From contig NC_045138.2 of the NCBI RefSeq assembly GCF_008831285.2, positions 17,670,001-17,734,000 on the forward strand: DNA of 64,000 nt, read 5' to 3'. Source of the DNA: Nymphaea colorata (Eukaryota). Within the stretch, counting starts at the first letter, position 1. The number at the start of each line of letters is the position of its first letter. The position numbers were made by a program, and so were the translations under genes. The notes below the pieces were generated by a model. That model had not been told where the DNA came from, did no database searches, and saw only the letters and a program-made list of their open reading frames with translations. Shown in pieces: positions 12,686-25,695 of this stretch.

Positions 12686-15600
12686 TAAGTATCTTATTTA
12701 TGAGCCTGAAAGTAACTTTAAAAAAACAGTCGTACCTGGATCCTTGAGTGTCAAGCATTTTGTTTGCGAGTCTGAAATTAACTTTAGTACTGGTTAGATG
12801 GATTGGCTGTGCTGATCAATTTTGGGAGTGTTCGTGTTAGATGTGTCTTCTGATTTCTTGTTTACAAGCGCAGGTTAATCTGGAAAATTGGGACGAGTTT
12901 GGGTCTTTTTTTTGTTCAATTTTTTATTGGGTATTTCGTTCTTAGTATAATCACCTGACCGTTCGTTTATAATCCGGGAAACTAGGGCCTGTGATGTTGT
13001 GAACAGAGGTAGCACAATGTCCAATAATCATGATTAAACCTGTCGTCGGTGTCGGTTTTATTGCTAATACGTTTCTCTTTTGCTTGTTCTTTCTGGATAG
13101 TACTTCGTTAGTATTGTCAAGCTTACGTTTGCTGCTAAGTAAGTTTTTGTTTAGTACTTTTTTCGTGAAATGGTGCACGCTTTCATGTCTTCCCCTAATG
13201 GTTCCTCCTATTAAACCCCAAGAACGTGTATTTTTCTTGCTTATTCGAGGTTTTGGTATTCGGTCTGTTAGAGATGGGTGATCTAATCTTATCTGGATCC
13301 AGTCTGTGTACTCCTCGAAGTGTTCCTAAAATGTGTCTTCAACTGGTTCCGAACCTTTGTGCCATTCAAGGACAACAAGAACCAAATCACAAAGAGAACT
13401 GTGTACTTTTGATGGATATAGGTAAAAAAGCTGTGTGTCTATCAGAATTCAAGATCTGTAAAGATGGATTCTCGCAGTACAGGTATTCCGGTTCAGCCCT
13501 TCTAGAGTCTGGTCTAAATGTTAAATGAACTGTTTCATTCGGGTTTTAGAACCAGTTCTTTCTGTTTTATATCGGTTTTTGTTCCATTGACCATTTGATA
13601 AAGTTCTCGAACTGGTTCAAGGCATCATCTTTTCGGTTCATAAAGTTTTTGTTATTGCACGTGACTTTGCATTAAAAGTATGTATTACGTCTATCTGCAC
13701 ATGTAATTACAATTCATATACTATTACACTTTGCATATTTTCATGTTATATTAAGTTTTGCAAGTATATATGTGTGTGTGTGTGTGTGTGTCTCCTTGGC
13801 TCTGTGTTTATTGTATTCTTAAAACTTCATTTGTTTATTAGCATTATAATCAACCATAATTTAAAAAATTGACAATGTTAACGTGAAAGTTGTGATTACA
13901 TTGAGGATTTATGTTTTCTTTCCTTTAACTTCTAGTAATTTTCGTTTTTGTTTTAGGGTTTTAGTTTTATGGATTAGAATTAGTGATTTAATAGTTGGCA
14001 TTAAGGAAATGGTAAGATTTTTCGTGCTTTATGACATTGAAATGCATTTGATATTTACTTGCAAGTTTTTCTCATGCTACATAGCTTGTAAACTTTAATT
14101 GTTCAAAACTTCAAATTTATTAAAGTGTAGTCTTTCATATTTTAAATTATGCTTATTATCATGTTATGAAATGTCTTTATTGTGCATTTTAATAGTTTTA
14201 TTATCAGAAGTTGATAGCTCATAGCTATACCTCCTTAAGCCATGTTGCATATTTCGGCCGGTTTTTTATGAGAAAACGTTTCAGTTTCATTGATCATTTT
14301 AACAATTAATATTGCATTTGATTCGTTTCATCTTTTTTGGGACCACTTATTATGCCTCTTCTCTTTTAAGCTGTAGGCTCATTAACCATGTAAGTTGAGC
14401 TTAATGCTTTTGAGTCTTTGACAATATATATATATAACGCTTCATTAGTTTATTTACCTTTGACTGCTTAAAACACTTAGTCCAGACTAGGCATGTCTAA
14501 ACTCTATGCTCCACTCACCGCCTAGGCTCCACCTAACACTTTTAAGTTCTAACATAGATAATCTCTATTTGGGTTTCCACACATGTGAATATCATAGTGA
14601 TTTGTGTTCTAGCATAAAACATTAACATGTGACTCTGGTTGGAGCTTATTTTTGCAGCAGTGTGTGTATTGGGGAGACCTCAATGCCTCCAATTTCAAGT
14701 TTGTTGCACTGAGCCTTTGATGTTTTTTATGTAACCTTAGTTTCTTGAATTAACTCTTTTCTGTATTTGCTTCTTTTGTTTGGATGACCTGCTGGCTGCT
14801 ATAAAGGTCCTGTCTTATGGGTTTTACTTCTGTTCATCGTTGCTTTCATGTCTGCATGCTTCTTTGTTTCTGTTGGTTTCTGGTGCTTGGAATTGGTAGC
14901 AATTTTTTACAAGGCTGATTTTAGGATGCTAGTTTTATGTATATTCCAGCCTCATTTTGCATTGAGTGTAATGGTTATGGTATTGACTCCTTGAACTAAG
15001 AAATTTGTCTTTTGCTGATTTTGCTTTCTCTTGTGTTGAATGTAGAGCTAGCATCACCCCGGGAACAGTTTTGATCCTTCTTGCAGGCCGCTTCATGGGC
15101 AAGAGAGTTGTTTTCTTAAAGCAGCTCCCTTCTGGGCTTCTTCTTGTTACTGGTAAATACTGCTCCATTTCAATACTTGTTTGAGGTTGCCATCTATGTA
15201 TTGTTTAAAGATCTAATAGCAGTACTTTAATCCCTTCAGAGTGACTAAAGAATCTCCATCGCAAATGTTTTATCAATTTTATTTCTCATTGAATTTGATC
15301 CCTGACTTCACATGACCGCACACAACTTTCCAATGGCCACGTTGAATCAGTTAGGTTGACCGCACACAACTTTCCAATGGCCACGTTGAATCAGTTAGGT
15401 TGTTCTCAATGGGAGACATATTCCATCTTGTGTGTTGCATGACACATCCTCGCCTGTATTTTATTGTTTGATCCCATGTTTCTCTCCTCTTTACCCATGA
15501 CAGAAAGGCAGATGAACAAGTTAAAATGTTGAATACTTTCTAAAGTAGAATACGGTTTCCAATGTTGTAATTTGACTATTTGATTACTAGTGTACATGTG

Positions 15601-16448
15601 TGCTTAATTGCTTATGCCTGTGGGCTGTGTTGATGTGTTTGTGTGCATATGTATGAAAGATATGTAAACTCATATGTTGTTTTCCCTGGTGTATTTTTTA
15701 TTGATTGGTAACTGCCGCAGAATTGCAGTACTAGAGATCCAAAATAGATTGCTTCAGTCTTCAGGAGTTTCTCTTTTTTTTTTTTTTGGAAGATTTTGGT
15801 GTAGTCGTAGATTGTCTGACATTGTTCATTGTACCAATAATCACTTCTTTTTGGTCTGAATTGTTGGTTTTGATCTTAACTGTGTGGAGCCATCTTAAAT
15901 GTTCTTTTTTTTTTTTGTTGCATGTCTCTGTCTTTTTTTGCCAGTCATTTTTTAATGGAGCTTGGCATCCTTTTTTCCTTAAAATCCCTCCTAATCTGGT
16001 GTGTTTATGGTTCAATTTCACTGTGTACAGGACCGTTCAAGGTGAATGGTGTCCCACTGAGACGTGTCAACCAAGCGTATGTTATAGCAACTTCTACTAA
16101 GGTTGACATCTCTGGTGTTAATGTGGAGAAGTTTGATGACAAGTATTTTGCTAAGGAGACTCAGAAAAAGAAGAAGAAGACTGAAGGCCAATTCTTTGAA
16201 GCCAACAAAGAGGTACGGTATTTGATTAGCTGTTTAAGTGTATATTCTTGTTCTTTTCGGTGCTAAGGTTAGTTTATGTCTTTTTGTTACAGGAGTCCAA
16301 GGTTCTCCCTCAAGGAAAGAAGGATGATCAGAAGTCTGTTGACAGCCAACTCATCCCTGCTATCGAGGCCGTCCCCGATCTGAAGACATATTTGGCAGCT
16401 AGATTTTCCCTGAGGTCAGGCATGAAGCCTCATGAGCTTGTGTTTTGA
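12362..16448 (+). CDS. RPL6: 60S ribosomal protein L6 (eL6), 234 aa
   Basis: join(12362..12621,15046..15152,16031..16212,16293..16448) = 705 nt, GT-AG introns. Motifs: [89 protein letters not shown]. Confidence 0.97.
12623..12685. repeat. Compound (TC)25-(CG)7 microsatellite at the start of RPL6 intron 1
   Basis: Directly visible; begins inside the splice donor and ends at GTAAGT. Confidence 0.95.
15313..15400. repeat. Perfect 44-bp tandem duplication in RPL6 intron 2
   Basis: tgaccgcacacaactttccaatggccacgttgaatcagttaggt x2 (15313-15356, 15357-15400). Confidence 0.95.
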
Positions 16449-17513
16449 AGGTATTTTATCCAGAAAACTTAGGTCGGTCGTGTCGTGTCAGAGAGTATTC
16501 TCTTGGTTTTGAACATTGCTGGCTTGCAAATATGTTTCTTGTGGCCAGTTTTTGGTAATGGAGATGTATCCCGTAAGGTATCTTTGCTTGCGTTAGAAAT
16601 CATTTGGCAACTTTAAGTAATTCTTCTAATAGCAATGTAGACGTGCCCTTTTCTCTTTATCCTTATCTTAATCTGGGTTAGTTCGGCCTGTACTAGGCTA
16701 TGCGAAAAGAGACACCCTGGCTGTTGGACTCTGGCCCGTTTTTTCAAATGTAAGGGTCTTGAGCCATTCGAATGGAGCTCTTGTTTGCTTTACCCTTGGC
16801 ACATCTTTAATGTAGTAGTGGTGGTCCGTCTCTGTGTAACAAGATCAAGATCAAAAGGTAGTAGATACCATGGTCATCCACCATTTCTCGTCTCGAGTAA
16901 TAGGTTTGCCGAGCCTTCCTGGGCATGCACAAATAGGACGCATGGTTGCACTATGTGGTTAAAGAAAGAGTTGGTCTCAGGCCTTCTCCGCCACCCGATC
17001 AGTCCCCAAGGCTGATTTGTACTCCATACTTTCTATTGTATCTGTAACATCAAAATTAGATTGATGATGCTGGTGGAAGAAGTCTGTCTTGGCAGACTTT
17101 AAATTTGGATTTGTCCTCTACTTGGTCCTCTTATTTGCCAGATTTGCTTGGAAGTTTGCTGGACTGGCTAGGTTTTCACTCTTCGGATGGGAAACCAGAT
17201 GTTTTTTTTGACATGTTAGACTGCATGCTAATTGTGGATGAGTTAGACCTGCCAAACTAGGTAGCGCATGTCTACTCTTTACCATGTTGTATTCAGGTTT
17301 TCATCTGAGGGGTGGCATATTTAGTGGGGTCCTGACTGGTAGCTGGATGGTTGAGGGTTCAAATTTTTTGGGTTCCTCCTACCTTTTGCATAGGCCAAAG
17401 CTGGTCAGCGAGGTTCCTTCCTATGTAAATAAATGGGTATGTGGTATCAAAGTTGTCCCTCAAATTTAAACCCACGTACGCGTGTTTATATCATACCTAT
17501 GTTCTTGTTTACA

Positions 17514-17929
17514 ACTTGATATTATACATATTTTCATTTATCGAATAAACTTATGTGTCATTTACGGATGTTTTCAATTCTATGTTAATTCGTATATGCT
17601 CATGAAAAAAGTCTCCTGATTTCAATAAATGAATTGTAGTATATGATTTTATGGTTGTTAAATCGCAACTTACAAGTTCAGCTTGAACAAAATTCAAACT
17701 TAGCTACTATGTTGACTTGGTATTATACATATTTTCATTTATCGAATAAACTTAAGTCATGTCTCATTTACCTATGTTTTTAAATCATGTTAATTCATGT
17801 AGGCTCATAAAAAAACTCATGATTTCAATATTGAATTGTAGTATATAAGTTTATGATTATTAAATCGCACTAGCTACTTATAAGTTCAGCTCGAACCAAA
17901 TTCAGACTTAGTTTGCTATGCTATGTTGA
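17514..17929. repeat. Diverged ~200-bp tandem duplication
   Basis: Both units begin acttg.tattatacatattttcatttatcgaataaactt (17514, 17715) and share gaattgtagtatat, taaatcgca, aagttcagct and ctatgttga in the same order. Confidence 0.85.
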
Positions 17930-19561
17930 TCGTATAATTCATGCTCGAACAAGCTACGTAAAAAGAAAAAAAAAATTCCCAGAAGAGATCTGTGGTGATG
18001 TTGCAGTCTAGTATTGGGTGAAGGGAGCTAAAATTCAAACCGAGCCATCTAAATGTAGCACCTACCACAGATACGTAATATCGGATTTTCAGCATTATAT
18101 TTCATAATTCCCGGAAGTTGCATCAAACGAAGAAATGTTGCGATAAATGCAAAAGTTTAAGGCATAAAAAATGTAATCTCTAGTTAATTTGATAAGGCAG
18201 GGTGTTGGGGGGTAGAGATTTTTGGAGATGCATTTAAGTCGGTAGAACAAGAACAAAAATGAAGATAAAAGGGAATATTGAAGATGAGATGCGTCATTTA
18301 TGAAAAGGGAAAAAATTGAGAAGAATAAAAAAGTATGTTGAGTAAAATATTGTTATAGTAGCTTTAGGTACATGATTTATAATAGAAAGCAAAAAGGAAA
18401 AACACAAATGAGAAAAATAGCCTTATTTTGCGACTGAGTTTCCAGGATTTCATTCATCTGCCAATCTTAGGGGCAACAACAATGAAAAAACTCATGAAAT
18501 AGATTTATAAAGCATAAGAAGAAAAATTATAACTTAATATAACATAGAGAAAAAAAAAAAACTGTTTTCTTTTTCATCCCTATGAGTAATTGAGATTATT
18601 TGTGTTGATCATACATCTCAAATTAAGAAGGATAAACATACTAGCCTTTGAAAGGCAAGTGTGGATGCATTCTTGGGGTTTTACTTTCATACCAATCCAA
18701 CCCTTACCTAACCATGTCTCCAAACACCTTTATTTACATAATGTATCACAATTGCTACCTTTTTCCAAAATTTTGCAAGTTATTGCATCCAGGTGTTAAA
18801 ATTTGCACAAATATACTTTTAACTCACTTGGGTGTATTGGCATCTCTAGAAATACCAATTTCAGCCCACCGCTACAAAAAAAGCCTCCCCATTTCTTCAT
18901 ACCACTGGCGCTTGAGCTGTTTCGGTATCAGTGATGGCAACAGTGTATTCTTTAGCTTGGATATTGTGATGCATGAACATTAAGCCCATAGGAATCAAGA
19001 ATAAGAGTTTCAATGGCTTATTTAAAAAGTTGGACATAAGAATTTCAAAGTTAGATGTCATTAATGTCCCATTATTTATAGTATGGACAAAGACGAGGGA
19101 ACGGTTGAAATAAGAATTTCATCCACATGACTAAGAAGCATGGCCTGATAACTTCGAAATTAGGTGAGATTAATTAAGAGTTTCATGACCTAAAAACTTC
19201 GAAATTAAGTGAGATTAATGTCTCAGTACCAAGAGTTTAGACTACGTTTGAGGAAACTCGATTCCCTACGCCTGATTTTCACAAAGATCCTTATTTTTTT
19301 CCATAATTCTAATAACGCCCTTGACTTGGCGCATAAAAGTCAGAAGCGCGCCGTTTGCACTCCGCCATTGAAAGTTGCTCATTATTACGAGTCAGTTCAT
19401 TTGTCCTGGAAACGAAAATAGAGAGAGGGTTATTTTGTAATTTAATTATACTTGAGGGTCAATACCTGGAGAACCATTCAAACTCACGCTCTCTCTATCT
19501 CTCTCTGTGCAATGTGCATCGTCCTCAGCTTCGTCCTCCCCTAAGTCCTAAGCACATTTCG

Positions 19562-22500
19562 ATGGCCGACGGAGGCCTCACCGTCTTCGACGGTTCGCTT
19601 CTCCGGGAAGCTACCGTCTCAGCCGACTCGCTCTTCTCCGCCTCGGGCGACGGCGATCCCACCACGATCGACGGGGCTCACCTCCTTTCCGAGGCGGAGT
19701 CCGTCGCGTCGTCTCTCCTCCTCGGCCTCTCCTTGCCTGAGAATCTCAAGGCCGCCACCCTCAGGCGGCTCGGTTTCGACGAACTAAGCTTCCGGTCGCT
19801 TCATTTCAACCGAGAATCGGCTTCCGAGACGCTCCGGAAGTACGTCGCTGCTGTCGCCGACGAGCTAAGAGGTATCGTGTCCGTCGGTCGACGGATCGCA
19901 ACAACTTGATCGTTCGGTTATTCGGTTTTGCAGCGGGATTTGGGTTTAGGGTTTTGCGATCTTCTTCTGAAGTTGTTATCTGTTGTTTTTCGTTTATTGT
20001 GTTCCTCTTTTGCTCCATTTCCTTCTTTTGACTTTGCGTTCAATAAGCATTGATGCAATTGCAATTCGATCTATGTTTTGTAGGATATTTTCACAATTTG
20101 AGTACGTTTCGTGTTTCATAGTCTTCAAATTCATGACTGGCTTTCTGTTACATCGAACAGAAGTTTCTGGGTGTAATTTGCTTCTCTATTTTCCAAATCT
20201 AGTACAGGCAATTACGCCTTATGGTCCTTTTATGTTTTGATCTGTATTCGAGTGCATATTTATTGATAAAACATAGATAAATGAAGATCTCATAGCAAAT
20301 ATGTTGGGACTTTTGTCAATGGCTGCGAGAATTGTGCATCACTTGGCAATCGTATACGATAGTTCTGTCTAAAACGCCAAGTCTCTTACATGGGCGTTTT
20401 TCAATTGAAACTTGAGAGTGTCGGTAGCTGGTAAAAGAAAGAGGATTTTGTAAGTAAAAATTGAAGGTCACCAACTTGGCGTGTTTATAGTTCCAAATCG
20501 TCTCTTGATGGTTCCTTCCAAGTTGTTTCTTGTCTTGTTTTTTCCTTTCTTCTTGATTTTAACAGCAAAATTGTTATTAATTGCTCCTGATTTTTTATGC
20601 AGATGATCCTTTTGTTGTATCTGTTCTGGATGGAAGCATTATTCGCATGCTTTTAGAGGATGAAGATGATTTTGCTATGTTAGCAGAGAATTTATTCACT
20701 GAATTGGACAGAGATGATACTGGCAAGCTTTGTAAAAGCGAAACGAGAAATGCTCTTGCGCAGATGGGAGTTGAAATGGGGGTTCCTTCTCCATCAGGTT
20801 TGTACTACTTAACGGTAAATTTTTTCGTATATGCCAATGTTTTCTCTGCCTTTACGAACGGGAATCTCCTAAAATATTCTGCTTTACGTATGTCTGCATT
20901 GAAAGAATATTTTATTGTGAAATTTCGAGTATGTGACTTTGTGTTGTTATTCTTCCCGTTTCGGTCAGTCTCTGATTTCAGCAGAAAGGATGAGTTTCTA
21001 ACCTGCTTCCCTTTGTTATGAATTATCAAATTATTCATGTAATGTAAGTGGTAATATTGCCATGTTGAACCAACTATTAGTTCTGTTCCTCGAGTTAAAT
21101 AGCAGTTCCATTGACCTCCTAATTCCTTAAGTGTTGGCAATCTGATTATCTAACAGACTTTGAAATTGGATCAACTGGTTCTGTACTTTTCATCAGGTTC
21201 AATTCCTTGATCAGCATTCTCAGGTTGTCCTTGTTAGTGATGCATAGACAGAACAAGTAGGTTAAACGTCATGTGGACACGTTAACTATGTAACTGAGTA
21301 TTCCTCGGCTATCTTGTGAGTAATAGAATCTCTTATTCTCCCACTCTGTTTGGCCTTTGATCTTGGATCCCCGGAGTGGCCAAAAGCTGCAAATGAAAAG
21401 CACACAAGCATTTGCAAAGCTGCAACTTTATCAACGTTATTTGCAGGAAGCAATTACACTAAACAAGCTCATTATTTTGAAAACTCTCAGGAGTGAGGAC
21501 CCTTATATTTACCCTGTTTTTAACCTCATTATATGTAACAAAAATGACATCATCATGTCCTTAGTAAGTTAATTTTAGCGATTTTACTGATTTCTCTTAT
21601 TAGAATCTGCTATTGCTGTTCAAACTTCAAACCCTCTAATAACCCAATAGTTCCCAAAAAAACTGCTTAAAATGTCCCGAGAAAAACACGATGAGGTACT
21701 TTTGAAACTGAAAATGACAAACTGTGCTGGCAACTTTGTAATACTTTATGTAACGATTTGCAAATATGTTTCCGCAGGATCATGTGCATCATGAATTCTC
21801 TTATGTGATGTTTTATTTTTGCTTGTTAAATGTTTTACTTACACTCTTCAAGTCCCCTTGAAGTGTGTCGAAGAATTAGTGTACAAGCAATCTGAAGATC
21901 CCCTTTCGTTTGAGATAAACTTGCGCATTGATGTCCAGCACTTCATTGCCTTTGGTTAGTATACCCAACTGTCTAATTGGCACGTTATAATGTCAAACTA
22001 TAGCAACATAGTGCGTAGTCATGGATTACATGCCTTTGGATTTCTTGGTATGCGTACATGTGCTAATTTACCTATACATAGAAAGGGCAAAAATGACTGA
22101 TGGTATAGATGTTTCTCTTCTTGCTCTTTTAGTTAATGCAAAGTCTGATGATCTCCTTGATGACATCCTGAGAAAACATGGAGCTGAGGGTGAAGAGTTG
22201 TTAGGTCAAGCTCAGTTTGCAAACCTTCTTCAGGCTGTTCTTCAAAGCCTTGCAGATGCACTAGGCCTGAAGCCTATCGTAGTGATCCAAGACATCAAGG
22301 TCATCAATGGGTCAAAGATAAGACAGGTGAAGTTAGTTTTTTCACTTTACGTTTGGCGCCCAAATATACTTGATATTCTTTTTAAACCAGAACTGAAATT
22401 GTTTCTAAAATTTAAAAATCTATGTTACCAGATTTTGGCTAATGAAGAGCTTCTACTTGATACAATTGATCGCATATTTGACAAGCAAACTGCCAGTGAA

Positions 22501-22749
22501 CTGGATGGTGGTAGCATTAGGAAGTTTAGAGCATTGCTTGAAAAAGATGGGACAGAATTTGGGTTGCCTTTGGCAGGATCGAATGAAGCACTTGTCCTGC
22601 TCTATGATCAGGTATTTGGCAGTCTTGATATACAGAATGATGAGGAACTCGACAAGGAGGCATTTGGTTCTGCTGTGAAGCAGATTCTTCAGGAAATATT
22701 GAATCAAATGGAATCTAACCCGGTATTCCATGAACCGGAGGGGAATTGA
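19562..22749 (+). CDS. Plant EF-hand-containing (putative calcium-binding) protein, 338 aa
   Basis: join(19562..19871,20603..20797,22133..22326,22432..22749) = 1017 nt, GT-AG introns, phases consistent. EF-hand-like loop FTELDRDDTGKLCKSE, preceded by the plant-family motif LEDEDDFAMLAENLF. Confidence 0.88.
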
Positions 22750-25424
22750 TACCCTGTGTGACGCATCTTGCTATATCTTTTTTCTTTACTCCTTTTCTAC
22801 CTTTCAGGAAACTTGAAGTTTCACCTCACATAAATTTTAGCAATCTGAATCATGGAGCATAGCATGAAAAGCAGCTTCATACGGCCAGTTGTGCAAAGCA
22901 AATTGTATTTTGACAATTTCTAGATGAATTCCTCCATGATGTCATACCTTTTGCTGACGTCATGTGTAAATTTCCTAAGTGTAATATGCACATGCACTTC
23001 TCCTTTCCTTGCTTCATATAGGCGACTGTTGCTGCTTGATATCCATTTCATGTGTCATGAATATTGATATTCCCATTCTTGCTGTGACTTTGTAAATTCT
23101 CCTCTTGTGCATTTTTCACGTGATATGAGTACGATTTTCAGAGCTATGCCTAATAGAGCAGGAAAAATACATACTCTATTTTTGGATTTTTCGGAGGGAA
23201 ATAATGTAGCAATGAATTATTGTGGTTCTCGTATCAGAATCTTGCAGGAAAGCAAAAGGACAGTGTTGTCTGGTAGGATAAGCCTTAAGATATGCTTGTC
23301 TTCAGGTAACTCTCTGCAAGTTAAACCATCATTTTTGTGCAGCAATGAGCTTGTGATTGATTCAAAGGCGGTGGCCCCCATGTGCCTTTTAACGAGTTGA
23401 TGTTACGATGAACTTCAGATAAAGACTACTGCAAAATACTCAAGTTTCCTGTGAATTGGTGAGTGGTGTGGTCCAAAATTATGCTTTTAAAATTAAAATG
23501 TTCACACATTCGTTTCAAATTGTAGGGGTGTGGTCCACATAAATTGCTTCTAATGAGAGCACCGTAGAAATATCCGTTCATGTTCATGATCAACCGTGGA
23601 TATATTAGAGCACCATAATAATGTGGAGTGCTCAGCATTCTCCAGAGAATTGCGCATCTAATGGGGGCAACTAAAGTCACTAAGTTACAGGGCATCATCA
23701 AAATTTCTTTTGGCTTCACTACACCAGGAAACTACACCTGGTGGGATGACTTTTTTCAGTCGCCCCTGGACTTTTTTGGGTGAAGTGGTGCATATATGAG
23801 GGAAAACATGCATGCATGCTCGCCTGTTTACAGGGAGAATTATAGACTGATTATTTCTCTGTCACAGGATGCACAAGTTTGCAGAATTATGCCTTGCCTT
23901 AACTTGGTAATTCTAAAACAAATAGATGATCCAATATTCGGGTAGCAAGATCAGAGTCAACTTGATCACAAATGGTACAAAATTTACGTTGTGAATCCAC
24001 ATCTAGGTTTGAGCATAAATCTGAACTTGAGTACGGGCATGCTTGATGGCGGAATTTACATGGAAGAATTTAAGTTTTTGTTCATTAACGTTGAATGTCT
24101 GTATTACCAATTGTCAACCTTCACGAGAGCTAATATTATAATTTTTTATGATATTTACGAAATCAATGTAGTTTTATATTGCTATTTGCATTGCATATTT
24201 GCGTTACCAGCCAGCGGCCTACCGTCTTCAGAGCTACGGTAAGACCCTACGAGAGTGTTTGATTTGAGAAATGCTTTGCATGGACTGTAGAGCATACCAT
24301 GCTATTTCGTGCATTTTATACTAAACTATGGGATGGTAGAAAGCATTTGGTGAGAAGAACATTGTGTTCTTTGACATAACTTTTCTAACCTGTATTTCAA
24401 GAACACCATGTTGTCACTTGAGTAACATCGTGTAGTCATGCCTGATGCTTGACTGTTTGATCCGTGACTAATTTGCATGTAACAAAATACATTGTATTTT
24501 TATGCAATATATCTCAATAACATGTATTCAAAAAACATAATGTTTTTTTTTTTTTGGCTCAAAACATTCGTATACCAAAAAATGATTCGTTAGGTAGGTA
24601 CAACCAAAGTGTGTTTCCTTTTTTTGCATGTGTTTGTGTGGTTGCAGTGTCTATATGAGGTGTTTGACTACAATAACTGTTTTCATGAATTTACCCAAAA
24701 CTAACATTTTTTAAATCTGCCTTAATTTTTAAGATAGAACTATGAAATAATAACATGTTATTACTATTACCAAACGGCCCCATAGGCATGCTCGCATGTG
24801 ATTATGCTTCATGTGTTGTAGAATGATCTTAAACCCCAACTTTTGCTTACACAAAGAATGGTACCAATGAGAACTGAACTGTGATAATTTGGTTGAGATT
24901 ACACCGATGTAAATGAATTGGGTATCTTCAATCATTCATCCGATTTCAAGTCCATGTATACAAACATAGTAAAGAAATTTGTATTTGACCATCGATGGGA
25001 TTCATTATTCAATTTCATAACTGAACACACGTCCGAGTCCAAATATCATTTGAGATTAGATAATGAATATACAACCCGTTTAGCATGCTAGACATATTTT
25101 CTCTCAATTAAAATGATTTGTAGGTTTTCCTAAAAGATTTTTCTGAATCTTTAACACAATAATCCCTAAAAATATGTTTACATAGAACGAAGAAGCTTGA
25201 GTTTGAAAAAAAAAAAAAGAGAGACAAAAAGAAGCTGTTTGAAAACTATAGAACGAGCACGTTCATGTCGTGCGCATGAAAGTTGGGCGCGTTTCTTGTA
25301 AAATACCAAAGGCCGAAGGCTCGAATTCAAAAGAGCAAACGAGAAAGTCAAAATAAGCTGGCCCGCCAATTTTGGGACAAAGCGGTAAATATCGAAAAAT
25401 CTGTTTGCCGCCTAAACCCATAAA

Positions 25425-25695
25425 TATAAATACGCCCCACATTTCCCCGTTCCCTCTCTCCACCATTCGATCCCTCTCTCTCTTTCTGTCTCTCGATTTC
25501 TGTGAGATCTGCTGGTAAGCGTCTCTCTTTTGAATGTTCATTCGTTTCCCTGGCAATGGAGTTTGGGCTGGGGGTTCCGGGTTCTTGGATGTTTCTTGTT
25601 TCACGTAGTCGTCGTGGGTGGCACAGTCAGGGGGAAGATCTCTCTTTCTAGCTGATGTGTTCCTGTTCTTTCCGTCTTTGTAGTTCCAGAGGAAA
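25425..25695 (+). promoter_or_regulatory. H2A.Z core promoter and 5' UTR with intron
   Basis: TATAAATA at 25425-25432, CT-rich leader, donor CTG|GTAAGC at 25515 and acceptor TTTGTAG (25683) or TTCCAG (25689) just before the ATG. Confidence 0.65.

Noticed and set aside
18012..18030. TGAAGGGAGCT resembling miR159/319
   Set aside because: Only an 11-nt match and no complementary arm seen.
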